Shown: piece by piece, positions 19,541 through 27,079 of the stretch
Position numbering within the stretch: the stretch's first letter is position 1
Layout: each line of letters starts with the position of its first letter
Source of the DNA: Candidatus Kuenenia stuttgartensis
GTDB lineage: Bacteria; Planctomycetota; Brocadiia; Brocadiales; Brocadiaceae
Reading direction: 5' to 3'
DNA length: 32,000 bases
Assembly (NCBI RefSeq): GCF_900232105.1
Contig: NZ_LT934425.1
Location: 4,140,001 to 4,172,000, forward strand
Translations under genes and position numbers: made by a program
Notes under the pieces: generated by a model
The model's input: only the letters and a program-made list of their open reading frames with translations
What the model was told of the DNA's origin: nothing
Databases searched by the model: none

Positions 19541-19709
19541 AAGCAAATGGCGTGAATTTGCTTTTATGCTTAATCAAGTAAAACGGGCTATAGAACCAGC
19601 GTTATCATTACAGGAAGTTCTTAAGTGCTGGAATGACATTGCTTGTTCTTTAGCAGAAAATACAAGAATCCGAAAAACACAGATATCAAAATACTTCGAG
19701 CATACCTAA
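19488..19709 (+). CDS. Overlapping 73-aa ORF2 at the 3' end of the IS4-like element (function unknown, possibly not expressed)
   Basis: Conserved identically in copy 3 (28589-28810). It overlaps the transposase end in another frame, next to a TTTTCCCCCTGGGG run. It has no recognisable motif. Confidence 0.3.
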   Translation: MLRLFPPGDTSLSSKKTKSKWREFAFMLNQVKRAIEPALSLQEVLKCWNDIACSLAENTRIRKTQISKYFEHT

Positions 19710-19766
19710 AACAAGTTAGCGCTTATGGTGCTAAGCCCCACAATAAATGAACCTGGAATTCTCAGA

Positions 19767-20069
19767 TTAAGTGGAATTAATATATTGAGGTAAAACGGAT
19801 TTTAGCAGATAGACAGCATCTGGGAAAGAGGAGTTGGAATCTACCATGACGATGTCGATGGTATTAAAGTTTTTTTTACAACGGAAACACCTGGCGAGGT
19901 TCGTATTTGGGTTGGTGGCGGAATTAAATTCAGAACAGAGAGGGCAGAGGAAGCGGAAATAGCCTTCGGAGTATTTATGAGGTATGGAGAGGACATCAGC
20001 GATGAGTCGATCGATGGGGATATCGTTTCGTAATGAGCGCAAGAGTTGAGGGGAAAAGAGACGGGCCAT
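19767..20069 (-). CDS. Tn-X orf100: small primase-type (CHC2-like) zinc-finger protein
   Basis: IPIDRLIADVL...GYFRFLCPLCSEFNSATNPNTNLARCFRCKKNFNTIDIVM follows the spacing and flanks of the DnaG zinc-binding domain (CPxC ... CxRC ... D.I.F). AAGGAGGT lies 5 nt before the ATG. It is the last gene of the transposon. Confidence 0.65.
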   Translation of the reverse strand: MARLFSPQLLRSLRNDIPIDRLIADVLSIPHKYSEGYFRFLCPLCSEFNSATNPNTNLARCFRCKKNFNTIDIVMVDSNSSFPDAVYLLKSVLPQYINST

Positions 20070-20080
20070 GGTAGACCTCC

Positions 20081-20872
20081 TTAAAAAGATTGAATTTCAG
20101 CAAGAGCCTGATGGAAGATATCCTGGGTAATTTTCTGTGATTGTCTGATGGAAGCGTTAATCAGGCAGGCGGTGGAAATGGCGTTGATTTGCCTTGGGAT
20201 GCCGGCGGAGAACTCATGGATCAGGTCTTTGACGTCTGAGTCAAAGATTTTATCGGATGCGCCGGAAGATTTCAGATGGAAGTCTATGTATGCAGCGGTT
20301 TGAGTTTTAGTAAGGGGATGAATGTGGTAATGTACCGAGATGCGTTGTGCGAAGTCGGCATGGATGTCTCTTTTGAGGATATATTTGAGGTGTTCCTGTC
20401 CCGAGAGGATGATTTTGAGATGAGTGGAAGAATCAAGCGGAGAGCTGACAAGGAGTCTGAGGTCTGTGATGGCGTCGGTTTTCAGGAGATGAGCCTCGTC
20501 GATAACGATAATGGGAGTGAGATTTGAGCGCAAGGATTTATCCATAATTTGGAGGAAGAGCCGGTCTTTGGTGTGTTTTGGTATTTCACCGAGCTGGGAG
20601 ACGATTAAGGAGAGAAGGCTGGATGATTTTAGGTGGGTAAAATGGAGGTAGATGGGGAGAAACAGGTTTTGGGGGATTTGTGAGAGGAAGAGTTTGAGGA
20701 GTGTGGATTTTCCGACTCCCGTCTGTCCGTAGAGGACGGCGATAGAGCCTGAGTGTAAGAGGTATTGGAGTCGTGCAAGCCCCTGGGTAAAGCGTTCGTC
20801 TTTCATGATAAGGCTGGTGTTGATTCTTTCAGAGAACGGCTGAGTAGTCATGGAAAAATGAGAAGTAAACAT
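20081..20872 (-). CDS. Tn-X AAA+ ATPase (ExeA/TniB/MuB-like transposition helper)
   Basis: Walker A GQTGVGKST, Walker B IIVIDEAHLL, and the sensor region LSGQ. At 263 aa and placed directly after the transposase gene, it matches tniB or Tn552 p271. The SD AAGGAGG lies within the last codons of the upstream gene. Confidence 0.85.
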   Translation of the reverse strand: MFTSHFSMTTQPFSERINTSLIMKDERFTQGLARLQYLLHSGSIAVLYGQTGVGKSTLLKLFLSQIPQNLFLPIYLHFTHLKSSSLLSLIVSQLGEIPKHTKDRLFLQIMDKSLRSNLTPIIVIDEAHLLKTDAITDLRLLVSSPLDSSTHLKIILSGQEHLKYILKRDIHADFAQRISVHYHIHPLTKTQTAAYIDFHLKSSGASDKIFDSDVKDLIHEFSAGIPRQINAISTACLINASIRQSQKITQDIFHQALAEIQSF

Positions 20873-20874
20873 GG

Positions 20875-22435
20875 TTAAGAGACCTCCTTTTTCGAGTAAG
20901 CGATTTGTAATTCACGAATGATATAGGGTAAGGTTTTCACGGAGGCATTTTGGAATGCCTCCGTGAGCAATGATTCGTTGAGAGCGGGGATACGGTTGTA
21001 GCATTTTTTAAGCGATTCGAGTTCATGAGAGCTGAAGGCGGAGAGAGAGCCTTTGTGTCCCATGAGGAGTGCGAGTTTCTGGACGAATGCCATGAATGGC
21101 CAGGGTCGTTCGGAGATGATTTGGTGGTAATCAATGCCTTTGGCCTGAGCCTGGAGAATGGATTTGTGTTTCTGAGTGATAAGGTCGAGGTAATTATGTT
21201 TTGGTTTTGAAGGTGAGGCGGCTGGAGTTTCAGCGCCCTGGTCGCGCAGGTAGAGATTTCCCGAGCCGAGGTATTCACCGTTTGCGGAATAGATCAAGAC
21301 CTTTTTGAGATCGCCGTATGGGTCGTAACGGACTTCTACTTTATCGCCTCTGAGTTTGGGGTCAACACGGTAAAAGCGGTTATCAATGCGGACATCGGCA
21401 AAGGTTCTGTCAACGGTTCTGGGGATGCGTTTCATGAAGAAGGCAAGAGCGGCGTCCATATCGACGTGTCGGATGACGGTAAGCCCCTCGTCGTAGCGTT
21501 GTTTTGGAGATTGATTGGTTTCGGAGTGGATTCTTGCGTGATAGACAACGGCAAGGTAAGCGGAGAAGGCCTGGTTAATGGCATCAAGGGTGATAATGTC
21601 GCCGGAGCGGACTTCCGACTCGAACTATGTCTGGCTGGTGCCGAAGAAACGTTCGACCAGTCCGCCGGGAGCAGGGTCGCGTGGTGGTCTGTGGATGAGT
21701 TTAATGCCGAGGTTGTAACAGGCAGAGCGCAGGGCGTCAGAGTGGTAGACCTTGGCATTGTCGAGGTAGAGTTCTTTGGGCGAGCCGTGGATAGTCCAGG
21801 CCCTGATGAGAGAATCGATAAGGATATCGAGGGTTTGTTTGAGATAATACCGTCCTTCGACCACATAACGGCTGTAGCAGTCGATAAAGAGACAGAGGTT
21901 TGTGGGAAGCGCCTCGCCGTCAACGAGCACGAAAGGGCCTTCCTGGAAGTCGCCAATCCAGAGGTCGTGGGTATGCTCACGGCTAAGAGCGTATACGCAC
22001 CTTTTGCTGTGAGACGCCGAGTTTGAGCCGGGTCGCCCCTGCGAGTCTGAGATGGCGGTAGAGGGTGGATTTGGGGATCGTTTTCCCATAGTATTTCTCA
22101 AGAAAGCGGTTGAGGCAATCGTCGCTGCGGCGTGGTTGTTCTTTTTTGAGTTCAACGGCTTTGTCGATAATTTCAGGAGAAAACCTTCTGGATGCGCCAC
22201 GGTCGCTCCTCGCCTTTCTTGCAAGAGATTGAAATCCATCTTTGCGGTAGCGGTTGAGTTTTCTCCTGAGGGTAGAGATAGTGGGTCTTTTCCGCTTTCC
22301 GTTGGGGAATACGACCTCCTGAAGGCAGAGTTTTTTCAGAAAAAGGTTGGTCTGCTCCTTCTCAATCTCACCGAAGATGACAGGATGCAGAAGATTGCAC
22401 CAGAATAAAGCCCATTTTTCGTCTTTCGATTTCAT
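20875..22435 (-). pseudogene. Tn-X transposase (HTH + rve/DDE core + Mu-transposase-type C-terminal domain), inactivated
   Basis: The three tracked ORFs (21983-22435, 21625-22239, 20875-21459) are pieces of one ~520-codon gene. The core motifs are LWIGDF, LFIDCYSR, LYLDNAKVY and GGLVERFF. There is a 1-nt frameshift near 21990 (..QQKVRIR / LSREHTHDLW). A single in-frame TAG at 21625-21627 separates FFGTSQT from FESEVRSGDIITL.... Confidence 0.85.
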
Positions 22436-22438
22436 AAT

Positions 22439-22466
22439 TCACCTCCTTTTTTAAGTGTGGAGGTGA
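22439..22466 (-). promoter_or_regulatory. SD-sequestering hairpin in front of the Tn-X transposase gene
   Basis: The mRNA reads UGA(orf212 stop, 22476-22474)-GUUACAA-UCACCUCC-ACACUUAAAAAA-GGAGGUGA-AUU-AUG(22435). The 8-bp perfect stem pairs the whole Shine-Dalgarno with an anti-SD placed 7 nt after the upstream stop codon. Confidence 0.5.
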
Positions 22467-22473
22467 TTGTAAC

Positions 22474-23112
22474 TCAAGACCAGCCGCTTTTTGTTGCCAG
22501 TTCGGGGAAAAATGAATGCCCAAAAATTCGGTGATATTCCGGCTCGGCGCTGAACAATTGAATCGATTGATCGAGGGAGGTTTTTCGTTGTTTGCTTTTA
22601 TACTTTCCGTGGTAAATGGGAAACATTTGGCGAAAAACCGGAGAGTTGGGGTCGGCCTGCCTGATGAGGTCAAAGGCGTTGCGGAGTGTGTATTTCAGTG
22701 AGCCAAAGAAACGCAGCCACCTCCAAACGGTTGACCAGGCAAGCATGCGGTTGTCTATTTCCTGTGTTCGGGTAGTATATCCGATGGCAGAGGAGACACT
22801 CCGGTAGGTTTCTGTATCATCTTTGACATAAGCCTGACTGAAGGAGAGACAGTGATCCTTTACGTACCGCTTGTAAGGGAGCGCATACTCAGGATAGGAA
22901 GTAAACGTCTTCTTGCACAAGGAACATTTCCAACGTCCCAGGAAAGATTCTATCGTATGAACAAGGGAGTCGATAATAACGTGAAACAACCGATATCTGC
23001 ATTCATGAAGGGTGAAATTGACATGGGTACTCTTGCACTTTGGACAAAAGCATGGCTTCTGTTTTGTCGCAATAAGCTTTTCATGCTTGTGGATTTTTTC
23101 TATAATATTCAC
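22474..23112 (-). CDS. Tn-X orf212: zinc-ribbon protein of unknown function (DUF6431-like by recollection)
   Basis: CFCPKCKSTH...(35 aa)...WKCSLCKKTFTSYPEYALPYKRY forms two CxxC pairs. It has a GTG start with GGAGG 6 nt upstream. It is the first gene of the transposon. Confidence 0.7.
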   Translation of the reverse strand: MNIIEKIHKHEKLIATKQKPCFCPKCKSTHVNFTLHECRYRLFHVIIDSLVHTIESFLGRWKCSLCKKTFTSYPEYALPYKRYVKDHCLSFSQAYVKDDTETYRSVSSAIGYTTRTQEIDNRMLAWSTVWRWLRFFGSLKYTLRNAFDLIRQADPNSPVFRQMFPIYHGKYKSKQRKTSLDQSIQLFSAEPEYHRIFGHSFFPELATKSGWS

Positions 23113-23193
23113 GCACTGCCTCCTTTGTATAGGGGGGAAATGGGCAGGAGGATGAAGTTTCCCAACGTTCGGTCCTCCTGCCCTGAGTTTTTT
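23113..23193 (+). ncRNA. Candidate ~80-nt antisense RNA covering the orf212 translation-initiation region
   Basis: Plus-strand promoter-like TTTTCA (23078-23083), a 17-bp spacer, then TATAAT (23101-23106). The transcript would contain CCTCC (23119-23123), complementary to the orf212 SD. It would end at an 11-bp GC-rich hairpin GGGCAGGAGGA/TCCTCCTGCCC (23142-23152 / 23173-23183), followed by TGAGTTTTTT. Confidence 0.35.
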
Positions 23194-23523
23194 ATGTTCC
23201 GGAAAAATCTTACAAAACTTGTCCTCGTGAAAACGGGGAACTGGGAAGTAAACCGCCGTTAGGAAGTTTGGAAGTGGTTTTAACCCCTTCCAAACTATTT
23301 AATGAGGCTTTACTCCGCCTTACGGACGTAACTTCTTTCTAACGGGGTAAACGATGTATTTTTCTTAACGTGAACAAAAAATCAAGTGAAATACTTACGC
23401 AGGATAAAAAAAAGGCGGGGTAGCTGGGTAAGATTTTTCAAATCATTTGCTGGGTATTAGACTCAAATATTCTGAGACTAATTGGGCATTTTTGGAGCAT
23501 TTATTCTAAGACGTAGCACCAGG

Positions 23524-24291
23524 GAAGAACTTGCAAAATCAGAGGTGATGCATGTGGATGAAACTAGTATCAACAAGAATGGAGACAGGTATTGGTTGCA
23601 CAGTGCATCCAATAGTTTGTGGACGTACTTTTTCCCGCATGAAAGACGTGGAACAGAAGCGATAAATAGTATCGGGATATTACCTGAATTTAAGGGGATT
23701 CTTTGCCACGACCATTTGAAGTCGTATTACACCTATAGCAACTGTACGCATGCGTTGTGTAATGCACACCACTTGAGGGAATTGGATGGTGTGTGGGAAG
23801 ATGATAATAAGCAGGAGTGGGCGAAAGAGATGAAAGCATTACTTAAAGAGATAAACCGTGCGACGAGTGATGCCGGGGGAATGCTGGGAACTGATGAGTC
23901 AGAAAAATACCGGCAAAGGTATAGGAAGATACCCCAAAACGCAGAAGCCGAAAGCCCTCCTCCTGATGAAACGAACCGTAAGGGAAAAAGGGGGAGGGTA
24001 AAAAGGACAAAGGCACGGAATCTTCTGGAACGATTGAGGACGTATGAGGGTGATGTGCTGAGGTTTATGGACAATAAAAATGTCCCCTTTACGAACAATT
24101 TAGCAGAAAACGATATCAGGATGACGAAGGTTCAGCAGAAGATATCTGGTTGTTTTCGTTCTTTGGAGGGAGCGAAAATTTTCTGCCGCATCCGGAGTTA
24201 TCTCTCGACCTGTCGAAAGCAAGGGGTAAATTTGAGTCGGGCATTACAGATGCTATTCCGTGGCGAATTGCCTGATTTTGCTAGCTCGTAG
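23524..24291 (+). pseudogene. IS66-family transposase, C-terminal half
   Basis: It reads EELAKSEVMHVDETSINKNG...WLHSA...CNAHHLREL...NNLAENDIRMTKVQQKISGCFRS, the IS66 DDE core. It is in frame with 17680-18333 once 18334-23523 is removed. Confidence 0.85.
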
Positions 24292-24382
24292 CGACAGTGG
24301 GTGAAAATACGCTGAATAGTTACACAAAAAGTATGTAAATGATGTTTGGCCGGAATCAGAATTTATAGAGAAAGAGGTGGTT

Positions 24383-26578
24383 CTTAACCCAACTTCGACA
24401 AGCAGAAATCGTATCTCTTTTATTGCCAATGTGATACGACTTTAGTCCTTCATTTTTCGGCACTACATCTTTGAGTTTTCATGGGTGATTTTATATTTTT
24501 TCTGCCTAATGGTGTATGTTTAATTTGTAGTTTATTGTAAATCGTGTGCTGCTTTTCCGTGGGCGCTGTGCAGGTTCTGACGGCAATAACGCAGCCGTCC
24601 TTTGTGTTCATGGTCGTTGTTACCCTTATATGGGTGGCAAGGATATTACGAATCGTATTCCAATTATAATGAACCCCTGCGGTTCTTAGCTTTTTTAATA
24701 TCCCGGCAAGTATGTGATAGGCCAATACAGTGACATGCACGTGGGCAATGGTTGGGGTATCTGTGTGGTGAAAGTTTGGCCGTAAACCAAGGTTGCCTTT
24801 CATTGTTTTAAAACTTTCCTCAACAGTACTCAACGACCTATGGAGCTTTGATATCTCTTCCCCGCTAAGATCAAGTCGGTTTGTCCGTAATATAGTCAAA
24901 CAAGTCAGGTTTTTGAAACTTAAACCGGCAAATGCAGGCGATTCGCACTACATTTTTAGAAAATCAGAAGCTTTTGGCTATACATACGTGCCTATGGCTT
25001 CTTCCTTTGCTTGCGCCTGAGCATTTTTCTTAAATTTGATATCGGTCGCTTTGCCATCCGTCTGTTCCACTTTGATCGTATATAAATTGCCCACCTTGTA
25101 GCGTTCTTTTAACCGGCCTATCCTCTCTATGATCGTATCATATTTTTTCTGTCTTTTTGGCTTCTCTAATCCTTCTTTTATTGCCGAGAGCGCCTCTTCA
25201 AACCTTTGTTCTTTCAGGGAAAGGATGGACTTCTCTTTTGCCTCTTTTGCCTCTTTTGCCTCGCTGTGGCATAAAAGGAATGCCTCTTCTTCAGTACGGA
25301 CTAATTTCATGCCCAACGTTGTTTTCCCGTCTGATAACATAATCTTCTCTTCGTCCGTTTCAGGCCAAAAAGTATCTTCAAAAGATTTCTTGCGCGAGAC
25401 GACCACATATTTATAGCCACTCTTCCTGATAAGCGCAATGTTCTCTTCCGTTGCTATCCCCGCGTCCATAACAATCGTTCTATCATTTGAAAACATACCG
25501 TCTTCTTTTTTTAATCCATCCAAAATATCTTTTAGGGTACCAGGCTCCGACACATTGCCCTCAAAAACCTTGCTCTGCTTGGGAAATCCCTCTTCATCAA
25601 CGGTAAGGGATAGCGTAATTAACGGACAATCATTACGGCTCTCTTTTGATTTGTAGCGCCGGGCCACCTTACTCCCTCTTTTGCTACCCTCAAAATAGGT
25701 ATTTGTTAAATCATATAAAATCACCGTCTCTTTAAGGGAAAATATCTCTCGCGCCCGCTTTGACAACTCTTGCTCTATGGCGGCATGATTCTCCCAAAGC
25801 AAGACTGCCGCGCGATGCAGCGCTTTATCATACAGTTTAACCCCGGAGTCCAACAGCTCTCCCGCCCCGCTTGTTTCAGAAAGCCATCGCACGGTATCAC
25901 GCTCGCTGCCGGGATGAACCATTCTCCCCACAATGAGCATCTTGGAATAGGCAATCTGGTCATCTGTAAAATCAAGCCCTTGCAATATCTTATCAAACCC
26001 GTATTCATTCATTTGGCTTATGGCCACGTGTTCGGCGCCTACGGTCTTTGCATCATTTGTTATCAGGGAATTAATATTCACGTGCTCGTATTGAGCAGGT
26101 TCTTCCCCTGCTGATTCACCGCCGGTAATACGTTCTTGCGCCCTGTCCAACCGCTCCTGTCTTATCTGGCTGGCATAATGCCTTGCTTTCGCCTCTATTT
26201 CAGGATCTTGAGTAAACAATGTTTTTTGATTTGCTAAAAATCCTTCAATGCAATTGGCAAGGGTCTTCCACTTCTCCTCGGGCAGACTAAGCTGCCCAAG
26301 GTTTAAGACTATTTGCTGTCTTGGCCCTGAAGGGGTGCGAATGGATTCGATGAGTTGGTGTTGTATGTAGCTCTTCCCGCCATTCACTTTTTTGATCTTT
26401 TCACGGATAAACACACCGGTATTTTACCATGTAAGCAATGGCGCCGCAAGCATAAACAATAATATTCAGGCACTACATTAAACGCCGAAAGCAACATTCA
26501 ACCATACCAATAGGTTACGACTATTACATGCTCAATTTCTTGCCTTTTTCAGGATAAATTTGTCGAAGTTGGGTTAAG
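24383..26578 (-). mobile_element. IS1634-family insertion sequence (2196 bp)
   Basis: 19-bp perfect IRs CTTAACCCAACTTCGACAA (24383-24401) and their reverse complement (26560-26578). The transposase begins MFIREKIKKVNGGKSYIQHQLIESIRTPSGPRQQIVLNLG, typical of IS1634. No flanking direct repeat is visible. Confidence 0.85.
24450..26414 (-). pseudogene. IS1634-family transposase with two in-frame amber codons
   Basis: The tracked ORFs 24978-26414 and 24450-24899 are in the same frame. The 84 nt between them read ...GTYV*PKASDFLKM*CESPAFAGLSFKNLTCLTILRTNR..., with TAG at 24978-24980 and 24948-24950. Confidence 0.85.
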
Positions 26579-26619
26579 GCAGCATGTGGAAATACAGTCT
26601 CTATTTTCTTTAAAAAGCA

Positions 26620-26686
26620 GGGGCGAAGCATTTGTCCGGTTAGGTATGAACGCATTTATGACAATTTTTAGCAAATGCTTCGCCCC
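26620..26686. repeat. Long-stem palindromic element, GGGGCGAAGCATTTG family (copy 1)
   Basis: 15-bp perfect arms GGGGCGAAGCATTTG (26620-26634) and CAAATGCTTCGCCCC (26672-26686) with a 37-nt loop. The conserved flanks AAAAAGCA and TACAAT are shared with the copy at 28276-28386. Confidence 0.75.
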
Positions 26687-26713
26687 TACAATATGCGTGG
26701 CAAATTATTGTTT

Positions 26714-27079
26714 TTATCTCGGCTTTTTATTCTTTTTGAAAAGGTCCAATATTTTTCCAGTGTTTGAGGATTTTTTTATGAGTGAAGTTATTGCCGCCCC
26801 CCATGGGTTCGTTATGACAAACCCTGCGATTACTGCCGTGGCAATAACGCCGCCTATGCCCATCAATCCCAGCATCTTCCTGAGTTTTTTCTGATCTACG
26901 TCTTTATTATCAACCAATTGCTTCAGCGCAATGAGCTGTTCTTCCTGTGTATAATCAGGCTGTGAAATGCCGCTTTCCCACCTGCTCACTGTTGAAAAGC
27001 TGATTCCCAATGCCTTTGCAAACTCGGACTGGGTTGCTCCCAGTTTTTCACGAAGTTCCTTAATTTCTTTTGCACCCAT
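26714..27079 (-). CDS. XRE-family HTH transcriptional regulator with C-terminal membrane anchor
   Basis: The Cro/C1 HTH is LREKLGATQSEFAKALGISFSTVSRWESG. The hydrophobic segment MLGLMGIGGVIATAVIAGFVITNPWGAAITSLI is followed by a basic tail. Confidence 0.8.
   Translation of the reverse strand: MGAKEIKELREKLGATQSEFAKALGISFSTVSRWESGISQPDYTQEEQLIALKQLVDNKDVDQKKLRKMLGLMGIGGVIATAVIAGFVITNPWGAAITSLIKKSSNTGKILDLFKKNKKPR

Larger units (their letters stand above)
18344..19727 (+). mobile_element. IS4-superfamily insertion sequence, copy 2 (intact, 1384 bp)
   Basis: Perfect 21-bp IRs CATAAGCGCTAACTTGTTTTA at both ends. An 11-bp direct repeat GTGCTAAGCCC lies at 18333-18343 and 19728-19738. It carries the complete 367-aa transposase. 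Confidence 0.95.
18334..23518 (-). mobile_element. Mu/Tn402-superfamily four-gene transposon (called Tn-X here); 3790 bp without the IS it carries
   Basis: The 25-bp imperfect terminal IRs match at 18/25 positions. The left end is TGCTAAGCCCCACAATAAATGAACC (complete copy at 19729-19753). The reverse complement of the right end is TGCTACGTCTTAGAATAAATGCTCC (23518-23494). The ends are TG...CA, and a perfect 5-bp direct repeat CCAGG lies at 18329-18333 and 23519-23523. The genes are orf212, an rve transposase, an AAA+ ATPase and orf100. Confidence 0.8.
17410..24323 (+). mobile_element. IS66-family insertion sequence (single-ORF, ISBst12-like; ~1.72 kb without its passenger insertions)
   Basis: The termini GTAACTATTCAGCG (17410-) and CGCTGAATAGTTAC (-24323) form inverted repeats starting GTAA, as in IS66. 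A perfect 8-bp direct repeat ACAAAAAG lies at 17402-17409 and 24324-24331; 8 bp is the IS66 hallmark. Confidence 0.85.
16103..24382 (+). mobile_element. Remnant of a second IS-B-like DDE element (called IS-C here), host of the nested insertions
   Basis: Its transposase reading frame is interrupted at 17409/17410 by the IS66 element, resumes in frame at 24332, and is cut again at 24382/24383 by the IS1634-like element. The true left end lies somewhere in 15850-16102 and was not identified. The right end appears deleted. Confidence 0.6.

Noticed and set aside
21432-22408. ORFs 21466-22026 (+), 22052-22408 (+), 21432-21980 (-) and 20937-21278 (-) within the Tn-X transposase region.
   Set aside because: They are alternative or antisense frames of the GC-richer transposase pseudogene. 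The rve motifs are only in the frames listed under 20875-22435.
15425-24980. Idea that TAG is recoded (read-through or a 21st/22nd amino acid) because several transposases carry in-frame TAG.
   Set aside because: lpxI (stop at 3999-4001) and the distal permease (stop at 5739-5741) terminate with TAG at sensible positions. The affected genes also carry frameshifts or a TAA, so they are ordinary pseudogenes.
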